Assembly: GCA_963713825.1 (NCBI GenBank)
Contig: CAVQNG010000034.1
Coordinates: 64,001 to 128,000 of the forward strand
DNA: 64,000 bases
Reading direction: 5' to 3'
Origin: an uncultured Acidobacteriota bacterium
GTDB lineage: Bacteria > Acidobacteriota > Thermoanaerobaculia > Multivoradales > JAHEKO01
The position numbers and the translations under genes are program-made. The notes beneath the pieces are model-generated. The model was not told the DNA's origin. It made no database searches and saw only the letters and a program-made list of their open reading frames with translations. Of the stretch, positions 1 to 10,177 are shown piece by piece (the stretch's first letter is position 1; each line of letters starts with the position of its first letter).

Positions 1-1
1 C

Positions 2-598
2 GAAGACAGGATCATCTCCAATGCTTCTTGCACGGCCCACTGCGCGGCACCGGTGATCAAGATTCTGCAGGAGGCATTCGGGATCGAGAAGGCCTTCTTG
101 AATACCGTTCACGCCTACACCAACCAGCAGCGTCTGGCGGATGTGCCGGCGAAAGACCCACGCCGTGGTAGGGCGGCAGCGGAGAACATCATTCCGCAGC
201 GCACCAACTCGGCGCAGATGATCATGGGTCTGATTCCGGCGCTCGAGGGCCGAGTTACCGGCGAAGCGATGAACGTTCCGGTGCCGAACGGCTCCTGTGT
301 CGATCTGGTCTGCTGGCACGAGAAGCCGGTCACCGTGACTGCCGTCAACGAAGTCATCCGGACGGCGGCATCCGGCAACAGGTGGGCTGGAATTTTGCAC
401 TACGAGGACGACCCGATCGTCTCCAGCGACATCATTCGGAGCCCTTACTCGAGCACGTTCGACTCGCTTGCCACGATGGTTTTGAGAGATCGTGTTTCGA
501 AGACTCTTTCCTGGTACGACAACGGCTGGGGCTATGCTCACAGAGTCGTGGACCTGATCCGCTGCTGGATGAAGCTGGATCTCGAGGAGGCTGCCTGA
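2..598 (+). CDS. Divergent GAPDH-family protein (5' truncated by window edge)
   Basis: Frame is open from base 2: EDRIISNASCTAHCAAPVIK...TVHAYTNQQRLADVP...SWYDNGWGY. GAPDH fold motifs are present with substitutions (SCTAHC, IIPQRTNSA, AMNVP). Stop overlaps the next ATG (TGATG). Confidence 0.9.
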   Translation, partial: EDRIISNASCTAHCAAPVIKILQEAFGIEKAFLNTVHAYTNQQRLADVPAKDPRRGRAAAENIIPQRTNSAQMIMGLIPALEGRVTGEAMNVPVPNGSCVDLVCWHEKPVTVTAVNEVIRTAASGNRWAGILHYEDDPIVSSDIIRSPYSSTFDSLATMVLRDRVSKTLSWYDNGWGYAHRVVDLIRCWMKLDLEEAA

Positions 599-1605
599 TG
601 GCACTGCGAGTAGGTATCAACGGCTTCGGCCGCATTGGAAGGAGTGTCTTCCGGATCCTGAGCGATCGGGATGACATCGAAGTGGTAGCCGTCAACGACC
701 TCTACGAGAACCAGCAGTTGGCGTATCTCTTGAAGTACGACACGGTCATGGGGGTGCTCGACAAGGACGTCTCAGTCGAGGGCGACCTGATGTTCGTCAA
801 TGGTGATCGAATCGCGATGATCGACGAGATGAACCCTGCCGACCTTCCTTGGGCCGATCTGGGTGTCGATGTTGTCGTCGAGTCCACAGGGGTCTTCCGA
901 CTCCGCGAACAGCTGGAGAAGCATCTCGAGGCCGGGGCGAAAAGGGTCATTCTCACTGTGCCGCCGAAGGACGAGATCGACGCCACGATCGTGATCGGAG
1001 TCAATGACCAGGATCTCGACCCCGCGGATCGGATCGTCTCCAACGCCTCCTGTACCACGAATTGTCTGGCTCCCATTGCCAAGATCCTCGATGATGCCTT
1101 CGGGCTCGAAGAGGGATTCTTGACAACGGTCCATGCTTACACCAATGACCAGCGGCTAGCCGATGTGCCGCATAAAGATCGCCGCCGAAGTCGTGCCGCG
1201 GCCGAGAACATCATCCCTACGACCACCGGCGCAGCCCGGGCCGTTGGCAAGGTGCTGCCTCATCTGGAAGGCAAGCTGGACGGTATGGCGATGCGAGTAC
1301 CGGTGCCCGATGGCTCCATTGTGGACCTCGTCTGCCGATTCGCAGCCGCACCCTCGCGCCAAGAGATCAATGCGGCTGTTCGAGAGGCTGCCGAGGGTCC
1401 GATGAAGAGGGTCGTCGAGTACAGTGAGGTGCCTCTGGTGTCCAGCGACATCATCGGCAACCCGCATTCATCGATCTTCGATGCCTTGTCGACTTCGACA
1501 CAAGATGAGGGGTTCGCCAAGGTCGTATCGTGGTACGACAACGAGTGGGGCTACTCGAATCGGGTGGTGGATCTGATGGAACGCTGGCTGGAGATGGATA
1601 GCTGA
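598..1605 (+). CDS. gap: Type I glyceraldehyde-3-phosphate dehydrogenase
   Basis: MALRVGINGFGRIGR, NASCTTNC, IIPTTTGAA, AMRVP, WYDNEWGY. True start is ATG 598, not the ORF-track start at 382. Confidence 0.97.
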   Translation: MALRVGINGFGRIGRSVFRILSDRDDIEVVAVNDLYENQQLAYLLKYDTVMGVLDKDVSVEGDLMFVNGDRIAMIDEMNPADLPWADLGVDVVVESTGVFRLREQLEKHLEAGAKRVILTVPPKDEIDATIVIGVNDQDLDPADRIVSNASCTTNCLAPIAKILDDAFGLEEGFLTTVHAYTNDQRLADVPHKDRRRSRAAAENIIPTTTGAARAVGKVLPHLEGKLDGMAMRVPVPDGSIVDLVCRFAAAPSRQEINAAVREAAEGPMKRVVEYSEVPLVSSDIIGNPHSSIFDALSTSTQDEGFAKVVSWYDNEWGYSNRVVDLMERWLEMDS

Positions 1606-1752
1606 TCGGGCGATTCATCGCTGCGCCGAGCACGCCTGCCGACTGGAGTGCTTGATCGCCTGAGTCGATTGGTCGACAATGGTTGTCGAGCCGCTCCGCG
1701 GCGCGCCACGGACGAGCGGAATCGGCAAATTCAGGAAGCCGGAGGTATTGGC

Positions 1753-3018
1753 ATGGACAAGGTGGTAACCGCGATTCTCGGTGGAGGGCAGGGTTCGCGC
1801 CTGGAACCTCTGACCCGTTATCGCGCCAAGCCGGCGGTTCCAGTGGCGGGGAAGTTCCGTCTCATCGACATTCCCATCAGCAACAGTCTGCATGCCGGAA
1901 TCGATCGGATCTACGTACTGACGCAGTTCAACAGCGCCTCCCTGCATCGACACATCGCCCAGTCCTACCGGTTCGATGTCTTCAGCCGCGGCTTCGTGAA
2001 CATCCTGGCCGCCGAGCAGAGCGTCTCCAATCGGGATTGGTATCAGGGCACGGCTGACGCTGTGCGTCAGAATCTGCCGCGCCTGATCTACAAGCGGCCC
2101 TCCGAGGTTCTTGTTCTGTCCGGCGATCAGCTCTATCTGATGGCGCTGAAGAACTTCGTCGAGTGGCATCGGGCCAATCTGGCGGACCTCACGGTCGCGG
2201 TCAAAGCAGTGCCGAGGACTGAGGCTCACGCTTTTGGGGTGATGAAGATCGATTCCCAGGGTCGGATCATCGATTTCGTCGAGAAGCCCCAGGAGGAAGC
2301 CCAAATCGACGAGCTGGTGGTGCCGCCACAGTCGTTGGAGCGTCTCGGATTCGAGCCCGGACCGGACCAGTGTCTGGCCAGCATGGGGATCTATGTCTTC
2401 AGGCCTGCCGTGTTGAAAGCACTCCTGGACGATACCGATGCGACCGATTTCGGGCACGAAGTGATACCGAGTGCCGTACCTGACCTGCGGGTGTATGCCT
2501 TCGGCTATTCGGGATACTGGCGTGACATCGGAACAATCGATGCCTTTCATCATGCCAACCTGGAGCTGACGCGGCCGGTTCCACCCCTGGATCTCTACAG
2601 CCCGAGAACACCGTTCTATACCCATCCGAGGTTCTTGCCGGGAACCAAGATCGATGACTGCTCGGTCCATCACTCGGTCATCTGCGAGGGAAGTGTCGTC
2701 TCCGGCGCCAGCATCAGTAATTCCATCGTTGGAATTCGGTCGATGATCCGCCAAGGAACCGTCATCGACAGCACCGTCATGATGGGAGCGAACCTCTACG
2801 AGTGGGAGTCCGATACGCCAGACGTGCCTCTGATCGGCATCGGTCGAAACTGCACGATTCGCAATGCGATCATCGACCTGGATTCGAGCATCGGAGATGG
2901 GGTGCAGCTGACCAATGAGGCTGGTCGCGATGAAGTCATCGAGGAGGAGTACGCCATTCGGGGTGGGATCATCGTCATCCCGAGAGGTTCTTCGATTCCC
3001 AGTGGGACGGTCATCTGA
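1753..3018 (+). CDS. glgC: Glucose-1-phosphate adenylyltransferase (ADP-glucose pyrophosphorylase)
   Basis: ILGGGQGSRLEPLT, RAKPAVP, WYQGTADAV, FVEKP, YWRDIGT. GGAGG RBS precedes ATG 1753. Confidence 0.96.
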   Translation: MDKVVTAILGGGQGSRLEPLTRYRAKPAVPVAGKFRLIDIPISNSLHAGIDRIYVLTQFNSASLHRHIAQSYRFDVFSRGFVNILAAEQSVSNRDWYQGTADAVRQNLPRLIYKRPSEVLVLSGDQLYLMALKNFVEWHRANLADLTVAVKAVPRTEAHAFGVMKIDSQGRIIDFVEKPQEEAQIDELVVPPQSLERLGFEPGPDQCLASMGIYVFRPAVLKALLDDTDATDFGHEVIPSAVPDLRVYAFGYSGYWRDIGTIDAFHHANLELTRPVPPLDLYSPRTPFYTHPRFLPGTKIDDCSVHHSVICEGSVVSGASISNSIVGIRSMIRQGTVIDSTVMMGANLYEWESDTPDVPLIGIGRNCTIRNAIIDLDSSIGDGVQLTNEAGRDEVIEEEYAIRGGIIVIPRGSSIPSGTVI

Positions 3019-3030
3019 CGACGCGCACCG

Positions 3031-6000
3031 ATGAAGCTCTTCCTGCCTGGCTCTTTGCGTCGACAGCTCGGAGTGACACCCGAGGCGATGGCCTCGAGAG
3101 GTGGACTGGAGCTCCGGACAGCGCAGGATAGCCGTGATCTGGCGTACCGACTGAAGTTGATCGCTCGGGAGCGAGGTGTCGCCGCCACGGCGCCCAGTGG
3201 CGGCACGATCCACGGCCTGGCCCTCCTCGAAGAGGTGTGGCAACGGCTGATCGGTCGCTACTTGCAGAGTCGGGATTCCAGACTCTTGCATCGAGCCCTC
3301 GAGGTGCTGGCACAGCAGATCGGCGACAGGACCCTGCAGGAGGTGCTCGACAGGTTTGCCGCGGATTTCCTGGTACTCGACGCTGTTGCCTGCGAGGACT
3401 CGGCGGTTGGCAGCTCCGGCAGCAGTCACCTGACCGATCAGCAGGAGGTCTTCAAGGAGCTCCTCGTCTTCTGGCTCATCCACTCCAATCCTGCTGTCGG
3501 CCCGCAACTCGATCTGCTGCACGACTGCGACCTCGTCAAGGAACCCCTGTTCGAGACCTTTGCGTCGGCCCTGGAGGAGTTTCTTTCGAGCCTGCCAGGC
3601 CTCGATGAAGAGGACGAGAGCCTGCTCGCCATGCTGCTGGCTCCCTATCGAGCCGCACCAGATTCCATCGGTGAACAGCTCCGCTTGCTGTTGGCTCGCT
3701 GGGGCAAGATCCTGGCTGGGCTAGAGGGTCAGATTCAGCTGGGAATCGACGTCATAACGGAAGAAGAGGAGCCTAGGTTCAGTGGGGGAGCAGGCCCGAT
3801 TCAAGCTCCATCCCTGGCCGCAGAGTCCGGCACCGGGGCGGCGAGCTTCAGTCTGGACGGGGATTGGATGCCGGAGCTGGTCCTGGTTGCCAAGAATGTC
3901 TTTGTTTGGCTCGACCAGATCTCGAAAGTTCATGGGCGACCGATTCGTCGGCTCGACGAGATTCCGGATCCAGCCCTGGAGGATCTGGCCCATTCTGGCT
4001 TCAGTGGTCTGTGGCTGATCGGAATTTGGGAGCGCAGTCTGGCCTCGGCTCACATCAAGCGGGAAGCGGGCAATCCCGAGGCGATGGCCTCGGCGTACTC
4101 CCTGAGGCGATACCAGGTGGCCGAAAGCCTGGGAGGTGATACGGCGCTGGATGTGCTGGAGCATCGGGCTGCGAGGCATGGGATCCGCCTCGCCGCAGAC
4201 ATGGTTCCGAACCACACCGGTCTCGATTCCGACTGGCTCCTGGACCATCCAGACTGGTTTCTGGGCGAGCCTGTCTGCCCTTTCCCCAGCTACAGCTTCG
4301 AGGGGCCGGACCTGTCTCCCTCCTCCGAGGTCGGGATTTTTCTGGAGGATCACTACTGGGACCGCAGTGATGCGGCTGTGGTCTTCAAGCGCCTCGACCG
4401 CAGGTCTGGCGACGCTCTCTTCGTTTATCACGGCAATGATGGAACATCGATGCCATGGAACGACACGGCGCAGTTGGACTATCTCAACGCGGAGCTGCGG
4501 GAAGCCGTCATCGGCACGATCGTCAGTGTAGCCAGGAGTTTCCCCGTCATTCGTTTCGATGCGGCGATGACTCTGGCCAAGAAGCACTTTCAACGGTTGT
4601 GGTTCCCGGAGCCGGGAGATTCGGGTGCGATACCCTCCCGCGCCGAACGGGGGCTGTCCAAAGCCGAGTTCGACCGCTACATGCCGAAGGAGTTCTGGCG
4701 CGAGGTCGTGGACCGGGTCAGCGTCGAAGCTCCTGACACCCTGCTCATGGCCGAGGCCTTCTGGCTGATGGAGGGCTACTTCGTTCGGACTCTCGGCATG
4801 CACCGCGTTTACAACAGCGCCTTCATGAACATGCTCCGCGATCGCAAGAACGCAGAGTACCGAGCGCTCATCAAGGAAACCCTGGAGTACGACCCGCGGA
4901 TTCTCGGTCGCTATGTCAACTTCATGAGCAATCCGGACGAAGCGACGGCGGTCGAGCAGTTCGGACGTGACGATTTCTACTTCGGCATCTGTACGCTGAT
5001 GGCGACGCTGCCCGGCCTGCCAATGTTCGGCCATGGGCAAGTCGATGGACTGAGTGAGAAGTACGGAATGGAGTACGCCCAGGCGTACCGCGACGAGCAG
5101 GCTGATGACGGGATGGTGGCGCGTCACCGTTGGCAGATCGCTCCTCTGCTACATCGCCGCGAGCTGTTCGCTGGCGTCGAGAATTTTCTATTCTTCGATT
5201 GCTTCCGCAGCAGTGGGGAGGTCGATCAGGACGTGTTTGCTTTCTCGAATGGCACTGCCGAGGAGAGGGTCGTCGTCCTCTTCAACAATGGCGAAGCTGC
5301 GACGAGAGTCCGGCTTCAGGAGTCGGTGCCGTTTCGACAAGTCAATGCTGGCGAAGAGACTGGCGCGGTGAGAACCAGAATGCTCAGCGAGGGATTGGGA
5401 TTGGGAAGTGATCGGCGCCTCATGGTGCGGTTCGTCGACCGCATCTCTGGTCAGGAGTTCCTGGTTCGCTCCGAGGGCGTGGCCTCGCAGGGTCTCGAGG
5501 TCGACCTGGAACCCTTTCAGTGCCGCGTGTTCGAGAATTTCACAAGTCTGTGGGATCAGGATGGTCGTTGGGGGCCATTGGCCTCTCGTTTGGCCGGCAG
5601 GGGAGTCGACGACCTTCAGGTCGCCCAGCGTGGGCTGGAGTTGGAGCCGCTGCACATGGCCTTCGAGGAGGCCCTCTCCACGCCACTGATGGGCCGCCTG
5701 ATGGAGTTGCCCGAGTCGGCAGATGGGAGCCGAAGTCAGGAATGCAAAGAGCTCCTGCAGAACGGTCTCAGTGGTCTTCTGGACTGGATCGCGCGTCGGT
5801 GGAGCCAGACCCGGGGACACGATTCCGAAGAGGCCGATGCCGAGGCTTGGCTTCGGGCTGTGTTCTCATTGCTGGACGATCCCGAATCGGCCGAGACCGC
5901 CGATCTGCCTGAGGCTGAGGAATCGAGCGAGTCGAAGTCAGTGCAGACCCTCAGACAATCGCCAGAGATTCTGGTAGGGCTGTCAGCCTGGCTGATGATC

Positions 6001-6486
6001 CAGGCGTCGACCGACGTCCTGCGTCGCTCCCTGGCCGATTCGGAGTTGATCGATGATTGGCGGCCGTGTGCGGGCGTCGAAGAGCAGCTGATGTCGCTGA
6101 ATGTGCCGTACGTCAGGGTTCGGGGTCTGTCGCAGACGCTGGACCTGGCTGTGCGAAGACGCTGGCAGTCGATGGACCCGCCGAGCACGCCTTTGGAGTT
6201 GCTTGGCTCATGGCTGGCCGACGAGGAGATACGACGCATTCTCGACGTCCATCGATTCGAGACGGAGGAGTATCTGAGGAAGGAGGCCCTCGAGATTCTC
6301 CTGCGTTGGCACTTCCTGCAGGCAGTCCTGTACGAGAGGATCGGTTTCGGCCCGGAGGACGTCGATCAGGAAGCTCGGGTCGAGGCTTGGTGGGAACTGG
6401 TCAATGGCGTCACCGAAATGGCGGCAGCTTCCGAATACCGGGTTCGAGATCTGCTCGACCGATTGGAACGATCGAGCGAACCCTGA
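3031..6486 (+). CDS. Large GH13 alpha-amylase-family protein with long N- and C-terminal extensions
   Basis: GH13 conserved regions DMVPNH, IRFDAAM, MAEAFW, FMSNPDE. 1151 aa; starts 12 bp after glgC. Confidence 0.85.
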   Translation: MKLFLPGSLRRQLGVTPEAMASRGGLELRTAQDSRDLAYRLKLIARERGVAATAPSGGTIHGLALLEEVWQRLIGRYLQSRDSRLLHRALEVLAQQIGDRTLQEVLDRFAADFLVLDAVACEDSAVGSSGSSHLTDQQEVFKELLVFWLIHSNPAVGPQLDLLHDCDLVKEPLFETFASALEEFLSSLPGLDEEDESLLAMLLAPYRAAPDSIGEQLRLLLARWGKILAGLEGQIQLGIDVITEEEEPRFSGGAGPIQAPSLAAESGTGAASFSLDGDWMPELVLVAKNVFVWLDQISKVHGRPIRRLDEIPDPALEDLAHSGFSGLWLIGIWERSLASAHIKREAGNPEAMASAYSLRRYQVAESLGGDTALDVLEHRAARHGIRLAADMVPNHTGLDSDWLLDHPDWFLGEPVCPFPSYSFEGPDLSPSSEVGIFLEDHYWDRSDAAVVFKRLDRRSGDALFVYHGNDGTSMPWNDTAQLDYLNAELREAVIGTIVSVARSFPVIRFDAAMTLAKKHFQRLWFPEPGDSGAIPSRAERGLSKAEFDRYMPKEFWREVVDRVSVEAPDTLLMAEAFWLMEGYFVRTLGMHRVYNSAFMNMLRDRKNAEYRALIKETLEYDPRILGRYVNFMSNPDEATAVEQFGRDDFYFGICTLMATLPGLPMFGHGQVDGLSEKYGMEYAQAYRDEQADDGMVARHRWQIAPLLHRRELFAGVENFLFFDCFRSSGEVDQDVFAFSNGTAEERVVVLFNNGEAATRVRLQESVPFRQVNAGEETGAVRTRMLSEGLGLGSDRRLMVRFVDRISGQEFLVRSEGVASQGLEVDLEPFQCRVFENFTSLWDQDGRWGPLASRLAGRGVDDLQVAQRGLELEPLHMAFEEALSTPLMGRLMELPESADGSRSQECKELLQNGLSGLLDWIARRWSQTRGHDSEEADAEAWLRAVFSLLDDPESAETADLPEAEESSESKSVQTLRQSPEILVGLSAWLMIQASTDVLRRSLADSELIDDWRPCAGVEEQLMSLNVPYVRVRGLSQTLDLAVRRRWQSMDPPSTPLELLGSWLADEEIRRILDVHRFETEEYLRKEALEILLRWHFLQAVLYERIGFGPEDVDQEARVEAWWELVNGVTEMAAASEYRVRDLLDRLERSSEP

Positions 6487-6519
6487 GCCTGCCCCTGGGG
6501 TTCCGCAGCCCGTCTGATC

Positions 6520-8565
6520 TCACAAGTCCGGTTCGAAGACAAGCAGCGCCACCGAATGTGGAGCCAGGTTGAGGCAGTGGGATCGCAGCCGTCTGGTGCG
6601 CAGGGTTGTGGTGTTGAACACCTGCTCCCAGGATCCAGGCGTCCCATCTTCTGGCATTTCGAATAGGCAGCTGTGGGCACCACTGTTGAACAGAGCGAGC
6701 GTCGGCCTTGGGGTTTCCAACCACAGTAATCCGATGGGATCCAGGCGGTCGTGGCTCCAATCGACCGCGGTCATGGGGGAGCCGTCAGGGGAGATCCATA
6801 CGAGTTTCTCGGAAATCTGGAGCCGACTCGAAAGCGCCAGCCCAAGATCCCGCCTGGCGGTGAATGCCTGGCGGCAGAACTCCAAAATCTCGAGCCGGTC
6901 CGAGTCCAGGTCCCAGTTGATCCAAGTCGTCGGGTCGTCGATGCAGTAGGCGTTGTTGTTGCCCTGCTGGCTTCGTCCAAGCTCGTCTCCATGGCTGAGC
7001 ATGGGAATGCCCTGAGAGAGTGCGAGAGATGCCAGAAAGCAGCGCTGAATTCGCAGTCGCTGAGTGCGGATGGAAGCGGATTGGGTGGGGCCCTCGACGC
7101 CCCAGTTACGACTCAGATTGTGGTTGTGTCCGTCGCGATTCTCTTCGCCATTGGCCCAGTTGTGCTTTTTCTCGTAGCTGACCAGATCGTGCAGCGTAAA
7201 GCCGTCGTGGCTAGTGACGAAATTGATGCTTGCTGTGGCGGGCTTCCTCGAGGGTCCGAAGACGTCCGCGCTGCCGGTGACGGACTCGGCAAATCCTCGT
7301 GTGGTTGACAGGTCGGAGCGCCAGAAGGAGCGCAGACGGTCGCGATATCTGTCATTCCACTCCGACCAGGCGAGCGGAAACTGGCCTAGGCGGTACCCCT
7401 CGGGTCCCAGGTCCCAGGGCTCGGCGATCAACTTGACTCCGGATAGCACGGAATCGGACTCGAGCGCCTCGAAGAATGGGGCTGCGGCGTCGTAGTCCTG
7501 TTCGGTTCGGCCGAGGCTCGTCGCGAGATCGAACCGAAAGCCGTCGACATGCATCTCCTTGATCCAGTATCGCAGGCAATCGACGAGAAATCGGACGACG
7601 ATCGGATTGCCACAGTGAAGCGTGTTGCCACAGCCTGTGAAGTCCTGGTAGTAGCGGCGTTCGGCCGGCTGCAAACGATAGTAGAGGGAGTTGTCGAGGC
7701 CCCGAAAGGTCAGGGTAGGGCCGAGATGGTTGCCCTCGGCCGTGTGATTGAAGACCACGTCCAGCAGCACTTCTATTCCCGCCGCGTGTAGCCCGCGTAC
7801 CATCGCCTTGAACTCCTGGACCTGGGCACCGTCGTGAGTGGCGTACCCTGCGTGGGGTGCAAAGAGTCCCAAGGGGTTGTAGCCGAAGTAGTTGGTCAGC
7901 CCATGGTGGGAGAGGGGCTCTTCTGTGGCGATCTGCTGGACAGGCAGGAGCTCTACGGCGGTGATGCCCAAGCTCTGAAGATGGTCGATCACCGGCTCCT
8001 GAATCATGCCGAGGTAGGTACCGCGCAGCGGCGCGGGTACGCCCGGGTGCAGTCGGGTCATGCCTTTGACGTGGCATTCGTAGATCACACTCTTTTCCCA
8101 CGGCGTTTGTGGTGGTCTGTCGTCCTGCCAGTCGAAGCGTGGGTCGACGACGACGGAGCGGGGCACGTAGGGCGCGCTATCTTCCAGGTTGGGTAGATCG
8201 TCGCTCTCGAACCGGCGAGAACCGAACAACGCAGGATGCCAGCGAAGCTCTCCTGTTACGGCTCGAGCGGCTGGGTCCAGTAGCAGCTTCGAGGTATTGA
8301 AACGATGTCCAGCGGACGGTTCCCAGGGGCCATCGACTCGGAAGCCGTACAGCTGGCCCGGCTCGACCTCACGGCTCGAGCCGATCCACAAATCTGGAGA
8401 AATTCGCTCCAAGGCCAGTCGGCGTGTTTCGTGATCCGGGTGTGTCGCATCGAACAGGCAAAGCTCGACCGCCGTAGCGGTAGCAGATCTGAGGCTGAAC
8501 CGGGTTTCTTCGCCGTTCCAGATGGCACCGGGAACCGAGTCCAAGGGGTGTTCACCAGCCTTCAC
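6520..8565 (-). CDS. glgX: Glycogen debranching enzyme (isoamylase type)
   Basis: IYECHVKG, NYFGYNPL, DVVFNHTAEG, DGFRFDLA, IAEPWD, SHDGFTLHDLVSY. Start placed at GTG 8565, overlapping the malQ stop (GTGA). Confidence 0.94.
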   Translation of the reverse strand: MKAGEHPLDSVPGAIWNGEETRFSLRSATATAVELCLFDATHPDHETRRLALERISPDLWIGSSREVEPGQLYGFRVDGPWEPSAGHRFNTSKLLLDPAARAVTGELRWHPALFGSRRFESDDLPNLEDSAPYVPRSVVVDPRFDWQDDRPPQTPWEKSVIYECHVKGMTRLHPGVPAPLRGTYLGMIQEPVIDHLQSLGITAVELLPVQQIATEEPLSHHGLTNYFGYNPLGLFAPHAGYATHDGAQVQEFKAMVRGLHAAGIEVLLDVVFNHTAEGNHLGPTLTFRGLDNSLYYRLQPAERRYYQDFTGCGNTLHCGNPIVVRFLVDCLRYWIKEMHVDGFRFDLATSLGRTEQDYDAAAPFFEALESDSVLSGVKLIAEPWDLGPEGYRLGQFPLAWSEWNDRYRDRLRSFWRSDLSTTRGFAESVTGSADVFGPSRKPATASINFVTSHDGFTLHDLVSYEKKHNWANGEENRDGHNHNLSRNWGVEGPTQSASIRTQRLRIQRCFLASLALSQGIPMLSHGDELGRSQQGNNNAYCIDDPTTWINWDLDSDRLEILEFCRQAFTARRDLGLALSSRLQISEKLVWISPDGSPMTAVDWSHDRLDPIGLLWLETPRPTLALFNSGAHSCLFEMPEDGTPGSWEQVFNTTTLRTRRLRSHCLNLAPHSVALLVFEPDL

Positions 8566-10079
8566 GCCGGTGGTCCCATCGACTCGGTTTCGAGGCGCCC
8601 CGCCAGGACTGTGATCCTCCGAAGCTGCGCCGCGGTTGGGTCGTCGGCCATCTCGGGTTGAAGCCTCCATACCCAATTGCCCTCTGCAGAGCTGGGAGTG
8701 TTCATCCGATGGCGCCCATCGAGGCCGAGCACGTCCTGCATGGGGAAGATCGACAAGTCGGCAACCGAGGTCGAGACGCTGCGGATCAGGTCCCAGTGGG
8801 CACGGTTACCGTCTCCACCGACATAGTCGAGGACTCTCTGGCGCTTCTCAGGCTCGAGTTCTTCGAGCCACCCGACCGAAGTGTCGTTGTCATGAGTCCC
8901 AGTGTAGGCGACGGTGTTCCGAGTGAAGTTGTGGGGCAGATGCTCGCTGTCGGGAGAGTCGAAGCCGAACTGCAGGACCTTCATGCCCGGCAACCCGAGA
9001 TTCGACTTCAGTTCTCGGACCTCGGACGTGATGTGACCCAGATCTTCTGCCACTAGGGGCAGCTCACCGAGTACCTCGCGGAGCCGCTCGAAGAGGTGAA
9101 CTCCCGGACCCGGGGTCCACTGACCGTTGACCGCTGTCGGTTCACTGGCGTCGATCTCCCAATAGTCGGCGAAGGCTCGAAAGTGGTCGATGCGGATGCT
9201 GTCGTAGGTGGCGAGGCTGTAACCGACTCGTTCTATCCACCAACGGTAGCCGTCCTCTGCGTGAGAGTCCCATCGAAACACCGGGTTGCCCCAGCGCTGG
9301 CCGGTTTCGCTGAAGTAGTCAGGCGGCACACCTGCAACGAAGGTAGGCTGCCCCTCTCCGTCTACCTTGAACAGATGCCGGTGAGCCCAGACATCGGCGC
9401 TGTCCAGGGCGACATAGAATGGCATGTCTCCCAGCAAGCGGACAGAGCGCTGTCGCGCAGTCTCTCTCAAGCGACTCCACTGGTCGGCAAATAGGTACTG
9501 AACGAACTGGTGGTAGCCGATGTCATCCTCGAGCTGCTGTCGGACCGAGGCCATGGCGGCAGCCTCACGATCTCGGAGAGCCGGGGTCCATTCTGACCAC
9601 GGTTTGCCGTCGAAGTGAGCCTTCAGGGAGGCAAACATCGCCCAGTCCTCGAGCCACGAATCTTGCTCAGGTCTGGTGGCCCAGTCCTCGAACAGCTCTC
9701 GGTGTCGATTCGGGTTGGATTGTCGAAACCGATTCCAAGCAAGCCTCAGGAGCCGGGATTTCCATTCGCCGGCCATCTCGTATTGGACGCTTTCATTGTC
9801 GAAAGGCGGCACGCCCACCAGGTCGGAGGCGGTCAGGAGACCGCCCTCTTCTAAATCCTGGGGAGAGATCAGTTGTGGGTTGCCCGCGAAGGCCGAAGAT
9901 CCGTCATAGGGCGAATGGCCGGCGCCGGCCGGAACGAGCGGCAGCATCTGCCAGGTCGTTTGTCCGGCTTCCTGAAGCCAGCTCAGAAAGTGGCGAGAGC
10001 TGGGTCCCAGGTCTCCGATGCCAAAAGGCCCCGGCAGGGAAGTTGGGTGCAGCAAGATACCCGAGGCTCGTCGAGTCAT
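8562..10079 (-). CDS. malQ: 4-alpha-glucanotransferase (GH77 amylomaltase)
   Basis: RRASGILLHPTSLPG, AGVPPDYFSETGQRWGNP, IRIDHFRAF, AEDLG, YTGTHDNDT. Confidence 0.96.
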   Translation of the reverse strand: MTRRASGILLHPTSLPGPFGIGDLGPSSRHFLSWLQEAGQTTWQMLPLVPAGAGHSPYDGSSAFAGNPQLISPQDLEEGGLLTASDLVGVPPFDNESVQYEMAGEWKSRLLRLAWNRFRQSNPNRHRELFEDWATRPEQDSWLEDWAMFASLKAHFDGKPWSEWTPALRDREAAAMASVRQQLEDDIGYHQFVQYLFADQWSRLRETARQRSVRLLGDMPFYVALDSADVWAHRHLFKVDGEGQPTFVAGVPPDYFSETGQRWGNPVFRWDSHAEDGYRWWIERVGYSLATYDSIRIDHFRAFADYWEIDASEPTAVNGQWTPGPGVHLFERLREVLGELPLVAEDLGHITSEVRELKSNLGLPGMKVLQFGFDSPDSEHLPHNFTRNTVAYTGTHDNDTSVGWLEELEPEKRQRVLDYVGGDGNRAHWDLIRSVSTSVADLSIFPMQDVLGLDGRHRMNTPSSAEGNWVWRLQPEMADDPTAAQLRRITVLAGRLETESMGPPA

Positions 10080-10177
10080 GGGCGGGATGATAACCTGACG
10101 CGCTGAAATTCCCCCTGGGGTGTGAATGACATGCCCCGTAGGGTTCGAGATTCTAGACCCAATCGCGAGGTGGTGGA

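Noticed and set aside
382-597. N-terminal extension of gap in the ORF track
   Set aside because: Overlaps the upstream GAPDH paralog; homology begins at ATG 598.
1615-3522. 635-aa minus-strand ORF
   Set aside because: Antisense shadow of glgC and the GH13 gene; no recognisable motifs; typical of high-GC codon bias.
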